Assembly (NCBI RefSeq): GCF_964355755.1
Contig: NC_092671.1
Span: 3,224,001 to 3,288,000 of the forward strand
Direction of reading: 5' to 3'
DNA: 64,000 nucleotides
Origin: Antedon mediterranea
Taxonomy: Eukaryota > Animalia > Echinodermata
Below are positions 38,809 to 52,200 of the stretch, piece by piece (the stretch's first letter is position 1; the number at the start of each line of letters is the position of its first letter). Position numbers and translations under genes: made by a program. The notes beneath the pieces were generated by a model. That model saw only the letters and a program-made list of their open reading frames with translations, was not told the DNA's origin and ran no database searches.

Positions 38809-41499
38809 ATGTTACTATTTCTTTTGTTTTTCGGTTTCCATCTTATTGTAATTAATGAAACGAAATCCGGTCTTCCATGTAAAATCTTCAAATATCATAA
38901 TGCAGATTGTGTAGGTCGAATGATTGTCGATTTTCCAGATAATTTGCCTGTAAACATTAAAGATGTTGACCTTAGTGGTAATCATGTAAGAATATTGGAC
39001 AAACCAACACCATACATGAAACTGGAAAAACTTACTTTACGCGAAAATGGATTGGAATCTATAAGCGTAGTTTTCTTTAGCAAAGTGACGTCATTGAAAC
39101 AGTTGGATCTATCGTATAATAAATTAAACGATTTAAACTTATCATCTTTAACAAATCTAATACATCTTGATTTAGCAGCTTCTGGGGTCAAAGATGAGTT
39201 ATTGAAAACCCGTATGTTTCAGTATTTGGTGAGTTTGCAGTCGTTGATTCTTCGTAAGAACAACCTTTTTCGAATACCGGCCAGCGCCTTTAAGGGCTTG
39301 GAAAATTCGCTAGAACATCTAGATTTATCGTACAACAACTTTGATTATATACCATCGGAAGTTTCAAAGCTAAAGTACTTATCTAAACTTGTGCTTAATC
39401 ACAATTCGTTCGGAATTCAATACGAATTTATTTTGCCAACATGTTTTGCAGAATTAAGTAATCTAAAATATCTCTATTTATCATCTTGTGGGATTAAATC
39501 CATGTCAAAGGGTGCCTTTTCTCTAATTACTCGCAATAATCTTACAGTTTTAGATCTTTCACAAAATAACTTTTCATATTTAAACGATTCTCTTCGGTTG
39601 ATGCATATTGACCTTTTTAATTTGTCATCAAGTAATATCAAAACTCTATCGGAGCTTGATGGTGTTAAAATTCGTCATTTGTCTTTAAATAACTGTACAT
39701 ATTTATTTAAAAATGGATCCGTTCTTCGGGAAACTTTACAAAGTGTATGCACCTGTGAATTGCAACGCTTGGATTTGTCCTGGAATGGAATACACACCAT
39801 TGAAGATGGCGCTTTATTTTGTTTAAGTGCGTTAACATCCATTCACCTAGATAATAATATTTTGGGTAATGAATCTATCCAAAAGGATGAATTTCAAAAA
39901 ATGAGAAATTTACAAACATTATCATTGAACAATAACGAATTTACATCGTTCGATTTACCTTTACTTGAACATATCAAACGCACTTTAAAACAGTTAGACT
40001 TGTACGATAACCAAATTTTAGGTTCCAAAATAAAAACTGGTAAAATTAGTTTTCCAAATTTGATTGCATTGAAGATAACTATTCCAAAGGTTAATATAAC
40101 AAAGTTAATACTTTCTATCGATATTAAAATGCCACACCTTGAAATTTTACATATTAAGCAACAGACTAATCATCACCGGAAATGCAAGGGTAAAGGTCAT
40201 ACCCCATATTCCAAAGAAACTCCACCATGGATACGTAACACATCCGCATTTGAACATCTCAAAGAACTTGCAATAATTGGTTATCAGTTTAAAACACAAT
40301 ATGATTTTGAAAGATTATTAAATTTTCTTTCTCCGAACATTGCAAAGTTGAGTCTTGAGAATTGTAACATTGAAAGTACATGGTTGCAATGTCTAAATAT
40401 GGAACGACTGAAGTATCTATCGCTTGCCGAAAATACAATCGACTCGCTACCAATTGATATATTTTGGAAAACTGATAAACTATCACATTTAGATTTATCA
40501 TCGAATTGTTTTACGAAGATAGATTATTCCATTTTATCTAACCTTAAACATATTAATATTATTGATTTATCGGACAATAAAATTGATAATAACATTAATG
40601 TCGATTTATTATCAAGTTTTTACAACTTGACATATTTTGATTTGAGTGGAAATAAGTTCCATTGTAATTGCGATTTGTACGAATTTAAAAACTGGTTGAA
40701 AATTGATAGCAAAGTTTATTTTCCAGAGTTCCAAAAATATGAATGCAGTAGTACGACACCGGAAAGTGTTTTCCTGTTGGAGTACGATCTATCGAGGTTT
40801 TCTTGTTACAATAAAACTATGGTGATTTGTATTTGCTTAACAACAGGAACCATTGTTCTAGTGTTATTTGTATCAATTGTTTGTTACCGTCGACGTTATT
40901 CTGTCCGGTTTGCTTGGTATTGGGTTAAGATTAAACTGCGGCCTAATTCGCATCATTATCAGCCTGTTCCAACATCTAGTGATACCACAGACTTTGATGT
41001 TTACGTTGCCAGCAACTCAAATGACTTTCAGTGGGTGAAATGGACATTAATTCCAAATTTGGAAAACTCATCTTATGCAATCCGTTTATGTATAAAAGAT
41101 CGAAACTTTCCAGTTGGTGGTAATGTAATGGAAGATATTATCGAGTTTATCCACGCTAGCCGTAAAACACTACTAATTCTTACCCCTGATTTTGTGCTGA
41201 ACGAATGGAACTACTTTGAGCTGCAAAGAGCTATGATTCGAGATCTTGAAGAAAAGCAGGACATGATCATTCCAGTCTTGCTTAAACCTATTAAAGATAA
41301 AGATCTACCGCGTCTTCTTCGTGAAATACAACTTCGAAAGGGATTTATAGAGTGGACAGAACATCCACTAGGGAAGGAGTTATTTTGGAAGGATCTCGTG
41401 AAAGCAATACAAGAAGATTCAACGTTGAGTCGATACAAAGATAACGAGATCAACAAATGGCGTAAACGTACTTCGATGACGTATAGCCACGTAATTTAA
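38809..41499 (+). CDS. intronless Toll-like receptor (single cysteine cluster type): signal peptide, about 23 LRRs, LRRCT, TM, TIR
   Basis: 896-aa ORF; LxxLxLxxN repeats; LRRCT NKFHCNCDLYEFKNWL...YEC...C; TM VICICLTTGTIVLVLFVSIVCY; TIR boxes FDVYVA, LCIKDRNFPVG, SRKTLLILTPDF, FWKDL. Confidence 0.95.
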   Translation: MLLFLLFFGFHLIVINETKSGLPCKIFKYHNADCVGRMIVDFPDNLPVNIKDVDLSGNHVRILDKPTPYMKLEKLTLRENGLESISVVFFSKVTSLKQLDLSYNKLNDLNLSSLTNLIHLDLAASGVKDELLKTRMFQYLVSLQSLILRKNNLFRIPASAFKGLENSLEHLDLSYNNFDYIPSEVSKLKYLSKLVLNHNSFGIQYEFILPTCFAELSNLKYLYLSSCGIKSMSKGAFSLITRNNLTVLDLSQNNFSYLNDSLRLMHIDLFNLSSSNIKTLSELDGVKIRHLSLNNCTYLFKNGSVLRETLQSVCTCELQRLDLSWNGIHTIEDGALFCLSALTSIHLDNNILGNESIQKDEFQKMRNLQTLSLNNNEFTSFDLPLLEHIKRTLKQLDLYDNQILGSKIKTGKISFPNLIALKITIPKVNITKLILSIDIKMPHLEILHIKQQTNHHRKCKGKGHTPYSKETPPWIRNTSAFEHLKELAIIGYQFKTQYDFERLLNFLSPNIAKLSLENCNIESTWLQCLNMERLKYLSLAENTIDSLPIDIFWKTDKLSHLDLSSNCFTKIDYSILSNLKHINIIDLSDNKIDNNINVDLLSSFYNLTYFDLSGNKFHCNCDLYEFKNWLKIDSKVYFPEFQKYECSSTTPESVFLLEYDLSRFSCYNKTMVICICLTTGTIVLVLFVSIVCYRRRYSVRFAWYWVKIKLRPNSHHYQPVPTSSDTTDFDVYVASNSNDFQWVKWTLIPNLENSSYAIRLCIKDRNFPVGGNVMEDIIEFIHASRKTLLILTPDFVLNEWNYFELQRAMIRDLEEKQDMIIPVLLKPIKDKDLPRLLREIQLRKGFIEWTEHPLGKELFWKDLVKAIQEDSTLSRYKDNEINKWRKRTSMTYSHVI

Positions 41500-42317
41500 G
41501 TTCATTTACTCCATTGAATTATGCTTTATTCAACTCATTTAATTTTGTTTGTTGTAGTAGTAGTAGTTTGTATGTACGTATTCAGTAAAGATTCTTAGTA
41601 CTGTATCTTTAAATATTACAATATTTGTTCATTAAGCATATCGTAGTTAGATTCAGTAATACAGCATCTCCTGTGTGTATCACACGGTGCCTGTATCATA
41701 GAAGGTTATGGAAGATCCCTCACTTTACAGTATTTGATTGTAGAGCAGTCTACTATTGAGGAACAACAGGCATTTAATGCTCGATTCATGAGCATGCGCA
41801 TTGTATGTCGCGTCGCGAAAGTTTAGTTTGGTACAGATACAAAATGATAATAAATATAAATACATCCACATTGTAAGTCAAATATTTATTAAAATTCAAT
41901 AAAAGCTCAACTAATTCAGAAGATAAACATTAAAAATGTGTACATTTGTTATTTTTTACAATATTTACAAAATAAATACATTTAATATTTTCTTTTTCAA
42001 AGTCAAAAGTTGCAAAGAAGTTTATACTTTGCCAAAATGCTAAAGACAATTTAAAATTCATTATCATTATTAAAATATATAAACACAATTACAAAATCTC
42101 TATCTTTATAAAACTTTCGACTGCGTTTCCTTATTATAATTCGTAAAAAAAGATGTAGTTCATATCTAAAATATTTGTCATATCTGGTGTCACAAAATAT
42201 CAAAAAATTATTTGAAAACTTACTCAATTGTAATTGATTTAAATCTTACAAAATGTCATATAAAAACAACACGCCTATAATATGTTATAGGAAGCTTTCG
42301 ATTTGAAACACACTAAT

Positions 42318-42466
42318 GCTCAGTCTACTTTATGTGAACACAAAAATGTGATGTATACCCGTCGTATATGGATGTCATATCACTACCATGTTTGGCCATA
42401 TCACCACCATATTTGGGCACATCACACTTTTTTGTCAAACTATTTTGATAGTGTAGACAGAGTTTA
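42318..42466. mobile_element. degenerate palindromic MITE
   Basis: GCTCAGTCTAC...AAAAATGTGATGT at the left is mirrored by ACATCACACTTTTT...GTAGACAGAG at the right. Confidence 0.5.
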
Positions 42467-43212
42467 AGAAAAAGAGCCCACAGTACGTGTCATTGGTCAT
42501 CGTTTGGAACAAGAAACCGCCAAAACTGTGATGAGGATTCGAATGAGGAAAGTACGTGTCATAAAAGCACATGCGCACGGTTAGTCAACACAACGTGACT
42601 AGGCCATATGCCCTCGCAAAAACAAAACCTCCCTAATTAAATTAATTTACAATAAAGTTTAAATCTGTTCTATTGTTTGGTACTTAACACTCCCAAGCAA
42701 GCTAGGTCTAACGTCTGCTGAATTTGCTCTCTTCTGAGTCCAACTCCCGAATGCAAGTCGAAAAAGGCAAGCCTATCACTACCGATGAAAGCTCACTTGA
42801 TCAAGTCATGCCAAACCAATTACATTATCATAAATACTATTTCTTTGTTATAATTATACGTTGATATAATATTATTTTAGAAAATAAATATTATATTAGT
42901 GATTTACAAAACAAATCTGCTTCAAAATTTACATTTGCACAACTTTATGAAAATATTGTACTTTTTGGTTGGTAATTGAAAAAAAAATGTCTAAATTTGT
43001 TTCGTTTGAACATCATACATTTTTAAAAACAGCTTTCATTTTTCAAAAAACATCTAAATACTCCGATAAGTTTTCCGTTAGGCAAACTTCGTCTCAAACC
43101 ATTAATTGCGCGCGCGCGTGCGTTTGATCATCATACGCTGCCTTTCTATCGCAACGGATTTCCTCGTCATCTTACTTCATCAATATTCAATAGAATATAT
43201 TACATCTTTAAT

Positions 43213-46200
43213 TCAAAACAATATATCACCTGGATACATATAATTACTCACTAAATGTCGACCATACGTATGAAGAAGTTTCGGATACCAATGGACATTA
43301 TCATGCTGCGGTAGCTCTGACGGGCGTCCCCATAGTTGCGATTTAAGACTGTATAACCACCTCACGGGTGTGAAACACGCGTGCGCAATGAATTCATTGT
43401 CAATTAAAGCATACGACGACACTGCAACATTATCAACAACTATCGAACCTTTATATGTTAAAGGTGCGAATGCACCAGTCCTTTCTGTCATTGTTACACT
43501 CAAAACCTTCTCAGGAATCAAAACTTCTTGGTTACCACTTTTAACAACAGTAAAAATATATTGTCCTTCCATAATTCTACTCGCAAAAATTGCTTTCGAT
43601 TCTGAAAAAATTGAATTTGTATTCGATACGTAAATTATGTGTTCAGCCGTGAGTGATAACGTTTGGGACGGTGTAGAAACTGTATAAAATGACATATTTT
43701 TATGAGGTTTTGCATCGAGCATCATTATGACGTCACTGTATATAATACTGCCCTCATTGTCAACTGCTTTAACTCTGTCTCCTATTCTTACATCATTCAT
43801 TCGTTTGGTTTCTCCAGTTTCCAACGTCACTTCCGATTGCGCGGGAAAACATCCTCCTTCTTCTGAAGCTGGATTTGAATCTAAAATAAAAACAAAACAA
43901 ATTTGAAAGACAACGAAAATAATTTATTTTCGCAATAACCAAGGCCACTAACCTAGAGGTGACGTTGTGACCTTTTAAAACGTTGGTAAATAAAAGTATA
44001 ATGTTGAATTGTTACTCATTTAAGTTTATTGCATTATCACAAACAATTACCTTTTCTACGAACCATTATTCACTTTATTAACACACCAAGTTTTTCTAAA
44101 CAGATTCACACATTCAACTTTCATAGTTTCTAAAGGTTTATACTTAATACATTTTGTGTATTCGTCGAACTGATTTAAGAACATCCCGATTACTAGATGA
44201 ACTTTTGGCAGAGGTCGAATCAACAGGGTTTGATATTTCTTATGAAATTATGGTCCAAAGTTTACTGATTGTAGACAAACATGCGATATAGGACCACACT
44301 AAACACCAACTAATAATGGCAATAATGTTAACATGCATTGATACAGTTATACCAAGAAATGAAAACACTTTGCTATCGAATGTTAATAGATTATTTATGT
44401 TTTCTGGCGAATTTATCACTTCTACAAACAGTTCAAATAGTCACATTTAGTCTTTATAATTGAGTATACAATAAATGTCAATCAGTTATTCATAAAAGTT
44501 TGACTTTCTTACGATTAATGAATGTTAACTTACCAGATTTGACAGAAGCGTGGATGTATGACTTACTCTCGTAGTAAACCCAGTCAAATCCCGCCTCAAC
44601 AGCAAGTCTGGCCAACATTCCGTATTTGCTAGGGTCTATATCACTAGTAGTGATATCTACGGCCCTTCCTTCGTAGTGTAAAGAGTTACGAGGATGGCGG
44701 CCATCTTCATCCCATGCTTCTACCACCCGTAGTTTTATGTTTTCGTCTTTCCAGTGGTTCATTACCATGATTGCCAGTCGACTGAGACGATCGTTACATC
44801 TCTGTAAAATAAAAAACAAGGAATAGTTTATAGTCTAGTTTCATCATCTAAAATTAGAACTAATAGTGGTATGTTCAATAATATTACACCATTCCTGTTT
44901 CTTCTAGATTTGAGTACCAACAGTATTATTGCTTTTTGCTGCGTCACTGGAATAACTTTTTGGTAAGTTTTTTTGCAAGATACATTAGGTATTCTTCTTA
45001 AAACTGAAATGTTTTTATACGTTTTGGTTTATAGATAAAACTTGAGACAAACGAATTTCTGGTTTTTAGAGAGTTTTCAGTATTTAGAAAATTTTGTTCG
45101 ATTATTTACAGTAATTAGGCAAGAGTAGGCCTATGAATTTTATTTTTCATTTTATTTCATTTATATTTCCGAAAAGAAATGCGATTACAAATAAAAAATT
45201 AATCTTAGTTTTGAATCTGGATTTGCATTACAGTAGCTACATGTGAACCTTAAGACCAAGTTGAGACCTATATTGTACCATTAATAGATTAATTTAAGTA
45301 CAGTGGAACCAACAACAGTACATGTAAAATCATGAATTTTCATTAGAAGAGGAAGTATTCCATTTTTGGCAATTCTAAAAGAACTTAAAATTGAATCAAA
45401 GGCACATTGAAATAAAAATAGAACTCGCTAATCGGTGACTCTAGGGAGATCCTAATTCAGTTCTTTGACAGATTTTAAGATGTTTGTGTCTAGTGTTTTC
45501 ATACGGAATTTAAAAACTACTAAACTAACAATCTTATGTACATTTGGGACACTTATTAATTTAGGAGTTCAGTGATGCAGAAGCAAGATTTCTTTAAATA
45601 ATTGAACGGTAAGATGGGTCCATTCAAAGACAGAACAGTGCACAGAGGACATAGGTTCAAATGTTCTTTACAGTTGTTTGTTTAGTGGTAAAGAACAAGT
45701 TGAAATCACATGCGCTGTTGATCATTAGACAACATCAGCAAAATACCTGAAATGTATAATACTATGAGAAACCTGCTAAACAATTTGTTACTGACAATGT
45801 TTCCATTTTTTTTCTTTATAAAATGTATTAAAACGATAACTTATAAAAACATGACATTTTAGATAGACTTTACGAATTTCTCAAATGTAGGCCTACTTTA
45901 TATGACAAACAGGATTATTTTAGTAGACTTAATTTGATATGAACATATAGTAAAAACAGAAAATCGACCTAGTTCGTATTTGTAGGAGCTCTAAATTTTG
46001 TTTCTCCAAACCAAATGACGATATTTGCTAAATAGCCATTGGTGCTATAGCTTTAGCATTGGAAAAAATGGCCAATGAACAAATCGATCAACTTAAAGGT
46101 TATGTATAATATCATAAGCGAGTCTAAATCTTGGTTCCCACACTATGTGGCAACGCTAGGATGTAAGCGCAACGCAACTAGTTTAACCAATCACAAGATA

Positions 46201-49200
46201 TCGTTTTGATGATCCGTCGTCTGTGATTGGTCAAATCACTTGTGTTGCGTTTTCGTCCTAACGTTACGTCCTAGTGGGAACAGAGTTTAGTTACACCAAA
46301 ACATTAACTATATATTAAATAGACGGATAAATGTAGTAATGATTATTGGTTTCCATCAAAACATTTGTCGATAAAAGTATGTCTATAGCTGGCGCTGTAG
46401 ATACTTGCAAGCCTCTGCGCCGAGCGTATCATGCGTACAATCACGCACAACGTAAACTCGTGACGGGAAAATGAAGTGAATGCGTTACGCTCGACTTGAA
46501 ACGTCAATCAATCTATAAAACTGACGTGTTGAATCGAGCGTATAATAGTAACTGCCTAGTCTTTATTGTTCTGTACACAATATTTGCACAAATCTGGCAG
46601 CTATCTCTCCAACAAGTGTAAGCACCTTGACTATTAACCATACTGATTGCTCAATTTATAAAAATGATAATAAACAGGCTATAGTAGTTTATAATAACGC
46701 ATGGTGTTAAGTTTCATAAATCATGACTATACAGAAAATATAGGAAGATGTCTTTGAATTATTTTAAAAACACAATTCAGGAATAGAACGGTGTGAAATT
46801 TCATCTTTATTGATTATTAGGTGTGTCAAAGATAAAAGTTGTTGTCATCTTCATATTAATTGATGAAATACAAATACGCCCAGCTTCTATTGGAAGATCT
46901 ATATAATTATGAAACTGATATCCCCAAATACGCCCACACATGAACAAGCTATTGAACTAACGAATACACCTCATATCTACTGTGTACACATTGGTCTAGG
47001 TACAAGATATTGTGTTCATGATTGCTGAGTAGTCATAACAGCTACATCGTGTAGTTACAAAGTATAGTTCAACGTCATTTTTAAACGCGAATGTCGTTTC
47101 GTAATGCGTCGCATGTCTGTCCTATCTACGTTTGTAACGATTAACTTTATACACACTACCAAATTACAGTAAAACAAGCCTGTATAAAACTTGATCTCAA
47201 CTATTGACTAGACAATGATTCATGTTTACAACCAGGTATAAAACCTCCAATAGCGGCTCTATTATTACACTCAATAGTGTGTTTTAAAGACCATAAAGAT
47301 TATTATATTAATTTAATATGGATAAGACTGTTTGATTTTAATTTTGTTATTAAGCCGAAATAACAATCATTGATATTTTGTCGTTATTATTTTTATCCCA
47401 TGACCCTCTCGTGCTTAGTTATTTGTACGGTTGGATTGGCATAGTACACAGACTGTATATATTTGTACACTGCAGACTAAATGTCTTTTAGAAGAAAGAA
47501 CCATTTAATATACAAACTATGCTTGTTTACAGAACTTACACATCAATACAATAATATGAGGAATAACTTTGCTTGGCGGCTCGTTGTTCATGATTTATGT
47601 CTACAGCGTTTCATTTCGCTCTTTTTTGGGAAGAGAATTCTTACGTTGTCACGTTACGTAGGCTTATAACTAAGCTTAGTTCCCACTGGTACGCAGCAAC
47701 ATGTATAAGCGCAACGCAAGTAATTTGAACAATCTCAACAGTCGCTTGTGATTCATTGGTCAATCAACTTGCGTTGCGCTTACGTCCTTGTAAATCAACT
47801 TATATGATGTTTGGTTCCCAGTAGAGACGCAAGGTCAAGCACGCAACGTAAGTGATTTGACTAATCACGAGCGATGTATATTATTTGAACTGTCGCTTGT
47901 GATTGGTCATCTGTAGTGGGAACCAAGCTTTAGTGAGTTTCCACGACGTATCTCTCATCGACTACGCAGCAGCTGCCAAGTAAAATGCATTATGCGCATG
48001 CTCATATGCTACGTATATTATGCAGTGAGAATCAGTTAGAGCCTGGTACCGCGGCAAATTTAAACATTTGTTCATCCTCATTAGTGATCTTAATAACGAT
48101 ATACGGTTATGGGAATTTAGAAAAAGCCTATTGATTGGATAAGATACGGGACACCTTATTGACTTTTAAAGTTGGAGTTTGCACTAGATATGGCCAGCCA
48201 TTAGGGCAAGTGTTAGCTTAGCTAGATAAGTAATTGCTTTAATCCGAGTGCAACAAGGTCGATAATGTTAGAGTTAAATAAACAAAGTTAAATATGATTA
48301 TAAGAACCAACGATATACATTTATTCGTGATTTCGATACGCGTACGTACGTAAAAATTTATTTTAAAGACATTTATTAGGAACTCCAATTATTTCAATTT
48401 AGTCAAAATTATATTCTGTACACATTAGGCCTATAGTACTTTGCGAGATTTATTTCAACAAAATCTAATTGTTTCCAAACGAGCACCGAAGTAAAAATGT
48501 ATTCCAACCCGTGGCCGTATTATAATTTACCATCCAATCAATAAAAACGATTCCCATGAAATGTTTAGGACGAGCCTACCACGCGGAGTGTGTGATTGAG
48601 TTCAGGCCTATTACTTGAGCATGGTCGACATCCAAGTCTGTCTCAGCATCGGCTCATTAACCATACAACCAAGCGTCAATGCCCCTGACAAAATGTTTCT
48701 TTTGTCCGTAATAACCGCCTAATAGTCATAATGAATGGAACTTAATAATTGACAGCGAAGGTATAAAGGTAGTAGGAAATAATGAATATATTGACAATTG
48801 TAACATGTGGTCAATTATAGAATATTTTACCAATGCAATTTGTCTTTGCTTTTAAATAGAATAAACTTTATTGTCCAATGTTATTGTATAAGTTTATTTT
48901 ATAACAATTGAATGTGAGCTAAAGTTTGTTATTGCGATTACAATTGAACAAAATAAGTAGAACGTCGAACTTTCCAGTCAATAAATACCACACCTACTTG
49001 GGGTTGTCCAGAAAATAGAAGAGGCGACTCCTCTTTCCCTCAAAAGAACATAATATTTCACCTCCCCCTTTCCCAACATATTTAATCAACCTCAATATTA
49101 ACTGTACAAAGAGCATTTATCGTTAGTATAATATGCATAATTCAGTGGAACGAACATTGAGGATTGATTCTAACTAAAGACGCAACACGGACATGGCGCG

Positions 49201-52200
49201 CAACGTAGGTGATTTGATCAATCAAAAACGATAGATTATTCGAACTGTCGGTTGTGATTGGTCAACACGCTTACGTTGTGTCTACATCCTTGCGTTGCGT
49301 CACTATCCATGCTAAGGGGACACCTTTAATGCCAAACAAAGTTCCCTCATTAATAGGAATGTTCACCTACTAAGAGTTGGTCGCAGTGTTACATTATTTC
49401 CCTTCGTTCGTTTTACATGTGTATTAAATAAGGGTGTCGCCTGAATTGGGTCAAATCCCAAATAAACGGCCTTTATAAAACATATTGTTCACTTTGAGCT
49501 AACTATAGGTTACTTTAACATTGTTCCACCAATGTATACACAGTTCCACCCATTTTATAAATAATAGCCATACTAATATCCCTAAATTATTTGTAATTCA
49601 ACTGTGTTAGAACTGTAGTAGATCATGGCACCACGATGTTTACTGAAGTATTGTGGGATTCTATGGGATGGCAATTAAATGTACGTTTTGAGTTCGTAAG
49701 TACCCATTACATGTAAGTACGTATAACTTAATAACCACAAATATAAACCCACGCTCATCTTAAAGCAAATAGGTCTGCTGTCTAAACTATTATAATAGGA
49801 TATACTTACTACGAGAAGTTGATTGACCTGTCAAAGACTGCTCCTAGTACAATTTTCTATAATATTTTTCAATAGTTAGTTCTAGCTTAAGAAACAAATT
49901 TAGGTCTTGTTACTTTTACAACCCATACATGGTCTTACCACAAAGTTAATTTATACCCCTATATACCTTACTTCTTCCAATAATTTTATCCCTTATAACT
50001 TGAAAATGTCTCAGTTTTTGCTTTGTTACTTATGCACACGATTCTCCTTAAAATTTGTTTTTCTTGTATCTTAGGCGAGTTCCGTGATACAGCGGCGCAT
50101 GTTATAACTGTATCATAGGAATTATTGTTAACGTTAAGTTAAGATTGGTAACATGTGACATTGTTTTTTAGAAACTTTCCTATGATACTATAACATTTAA
50201 CTTACTGTGCAGTTTATCTAAAAATATAAGCAAAATTGTCTGTCCATTTACTTCAGGTGAACAAACTGTTGTGACCACTTCGCTAAAGTTTATCAAAATA
50301 TGGACACAGAGTCCTCATGCTTCAGTACTTTCATGAAAAGACCACAAAGAAAAACAGATTTGTTTACTATAGAGGAGCTAATAATCTCTGAATAATGTAG
50401 AAAATGATTAGAAGAAAAAATAGAAATAGTATTAAAATGGTTATAGAGAGAAAAGAACGATATATAGTTGAGAGAAGGAGAAAGAGGAACGTAATCGATA
50501 AGTTTAATAGAAAAGAACAAACTATTACGTAATAATGTTTTTCATAGGGAAATATGTCTTTAACAATCAAATGAATAACGATTCATATACAATATAGAAT
50601 ACAACAGTAAAACTTACGGTAAACGATTATTTGACTTACCTACTAGGCTTATACTTTTTTTATACGACATATTTTGCTTTATCCTTCACACCTTTGGGTT
50701 CTTAATTTACATGAAACAAACTGTTTGTAGTATTTACCAAGTACTTAGTGAGGTAAAGCTGACCTTATAGGGGTTCTATCCCAAATCAAACAATGACATA
50801 AAGGTTTACAAAGGACAAAGGGCGGATTGACATTGCTGGGAAAATATTTTCCTTCATTTTCGTAAGCTCAGCAGAATGCTAAGATATTAGGTAAACATTC
50901 AAATTCTGTTTATCCCAGTCAAATTCGCTATTTCCAAAGTTTGGGTCATGTAGGCCAGGCCTAGAGTGTTGGCAATTATGTAATAACCGTGTATACTATA
51001 TAACTTCATAATGTTTGTATTCAATGAAATTTATCTAATTTTCTTCTGAATTTAGTACCGATGTATTAAGTGAAAATATTTGCAAAATTGTTGTTTCAAA
51101 TATATAGAGATACGCAAGACATTCTGAAAGTGCTAGATTGTAGGCCTATAGAGATACGCAAGACATTCTGAAAGTGCTAGGTTGTAGGCATATATCCTAT
51201 TTATGGTATTAGAGTACTTGTAATTATCACATACTCAATAACATAGAATGAATGTTTTAAAAACGATAACATTAATGTTACAAGTTGTATCTGTTTCTTT
51301 TTGTATAGCTAAGTAACCTGGTAGTGAAGGAACCGTTTTTGGAGATATGTGTCTTTTCCTCATATAAACTCTGAACCATTAACGTCTGTTCAAGCACTTA
51401 TACCCTACTCATAAACAAAAACACTTAATTCCAAAATTCTATTTTTGACCAACAAGTAAACCACTAACTGGCAAAAGCTAAGAAATCCTATCAAATAACC
51501 TCAAGATAATAGTGTCGCAAGTATGCAAATATTAGCCAAGTACTAAGTTATGACCGCGGGAAAAATGGTGATTTTTACTGCCTAACTATATTTGACTACG
51601 GATTTTCTTTTTGAATGAGTCTATCAAAGTGTCTAATCGCTAACCTTATAACCTAACTTCTTTGAATGCAGTCCTTAACTCTTTGACATGTCATATTCGT
51701 AAGACTTTATTACTGCTGTTTAGTGGTAGATTTATTTTTAACCATATAAGTAATGGGTTCCTAGGCAGAGAAAACACCTCAGAATACTCTACCTTGGGTT
51801 TGCATTGCTTGCAGCGACGGTCCCGTGGCAGAGAAAACACCTCAGAATACGTCAGATTTACCATGCTTACAGCGACGGTCCCGAGGCAGAGAAAACACCT
51901 CAGAATACGTCAGGTTTACCATGCTTACAGCGACGGTCCCGAGGCAGAGAAAACACCTCAGAATACGTCAGGTTTACCATGCTTACAGCGACGGTCCCGA
52001 GGCAAAGAAAACACCTCAGAATACGTCAGGTTTACCATGCTTACAGCGACGGTCCCTACCTCAAAATATCTCGGATTTTACCAAAGAGTTTTTAAATGTT
52101 TAAATTTTCACCAATGCCTAGGCAGAGAAAACACCTCGGTTTTACAATGATGGTCCGAAGGAATTTGCTTTTGCTTTATCTTTGCCACAACTCCATCCTT

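Noticed and set aside
51662-52150. ORFs in three frames and a CRISPR-like periodicity
   Set aside because: 58-bp minisatellite without unique spacers, in a eukaryotic intron, with no cas genes.
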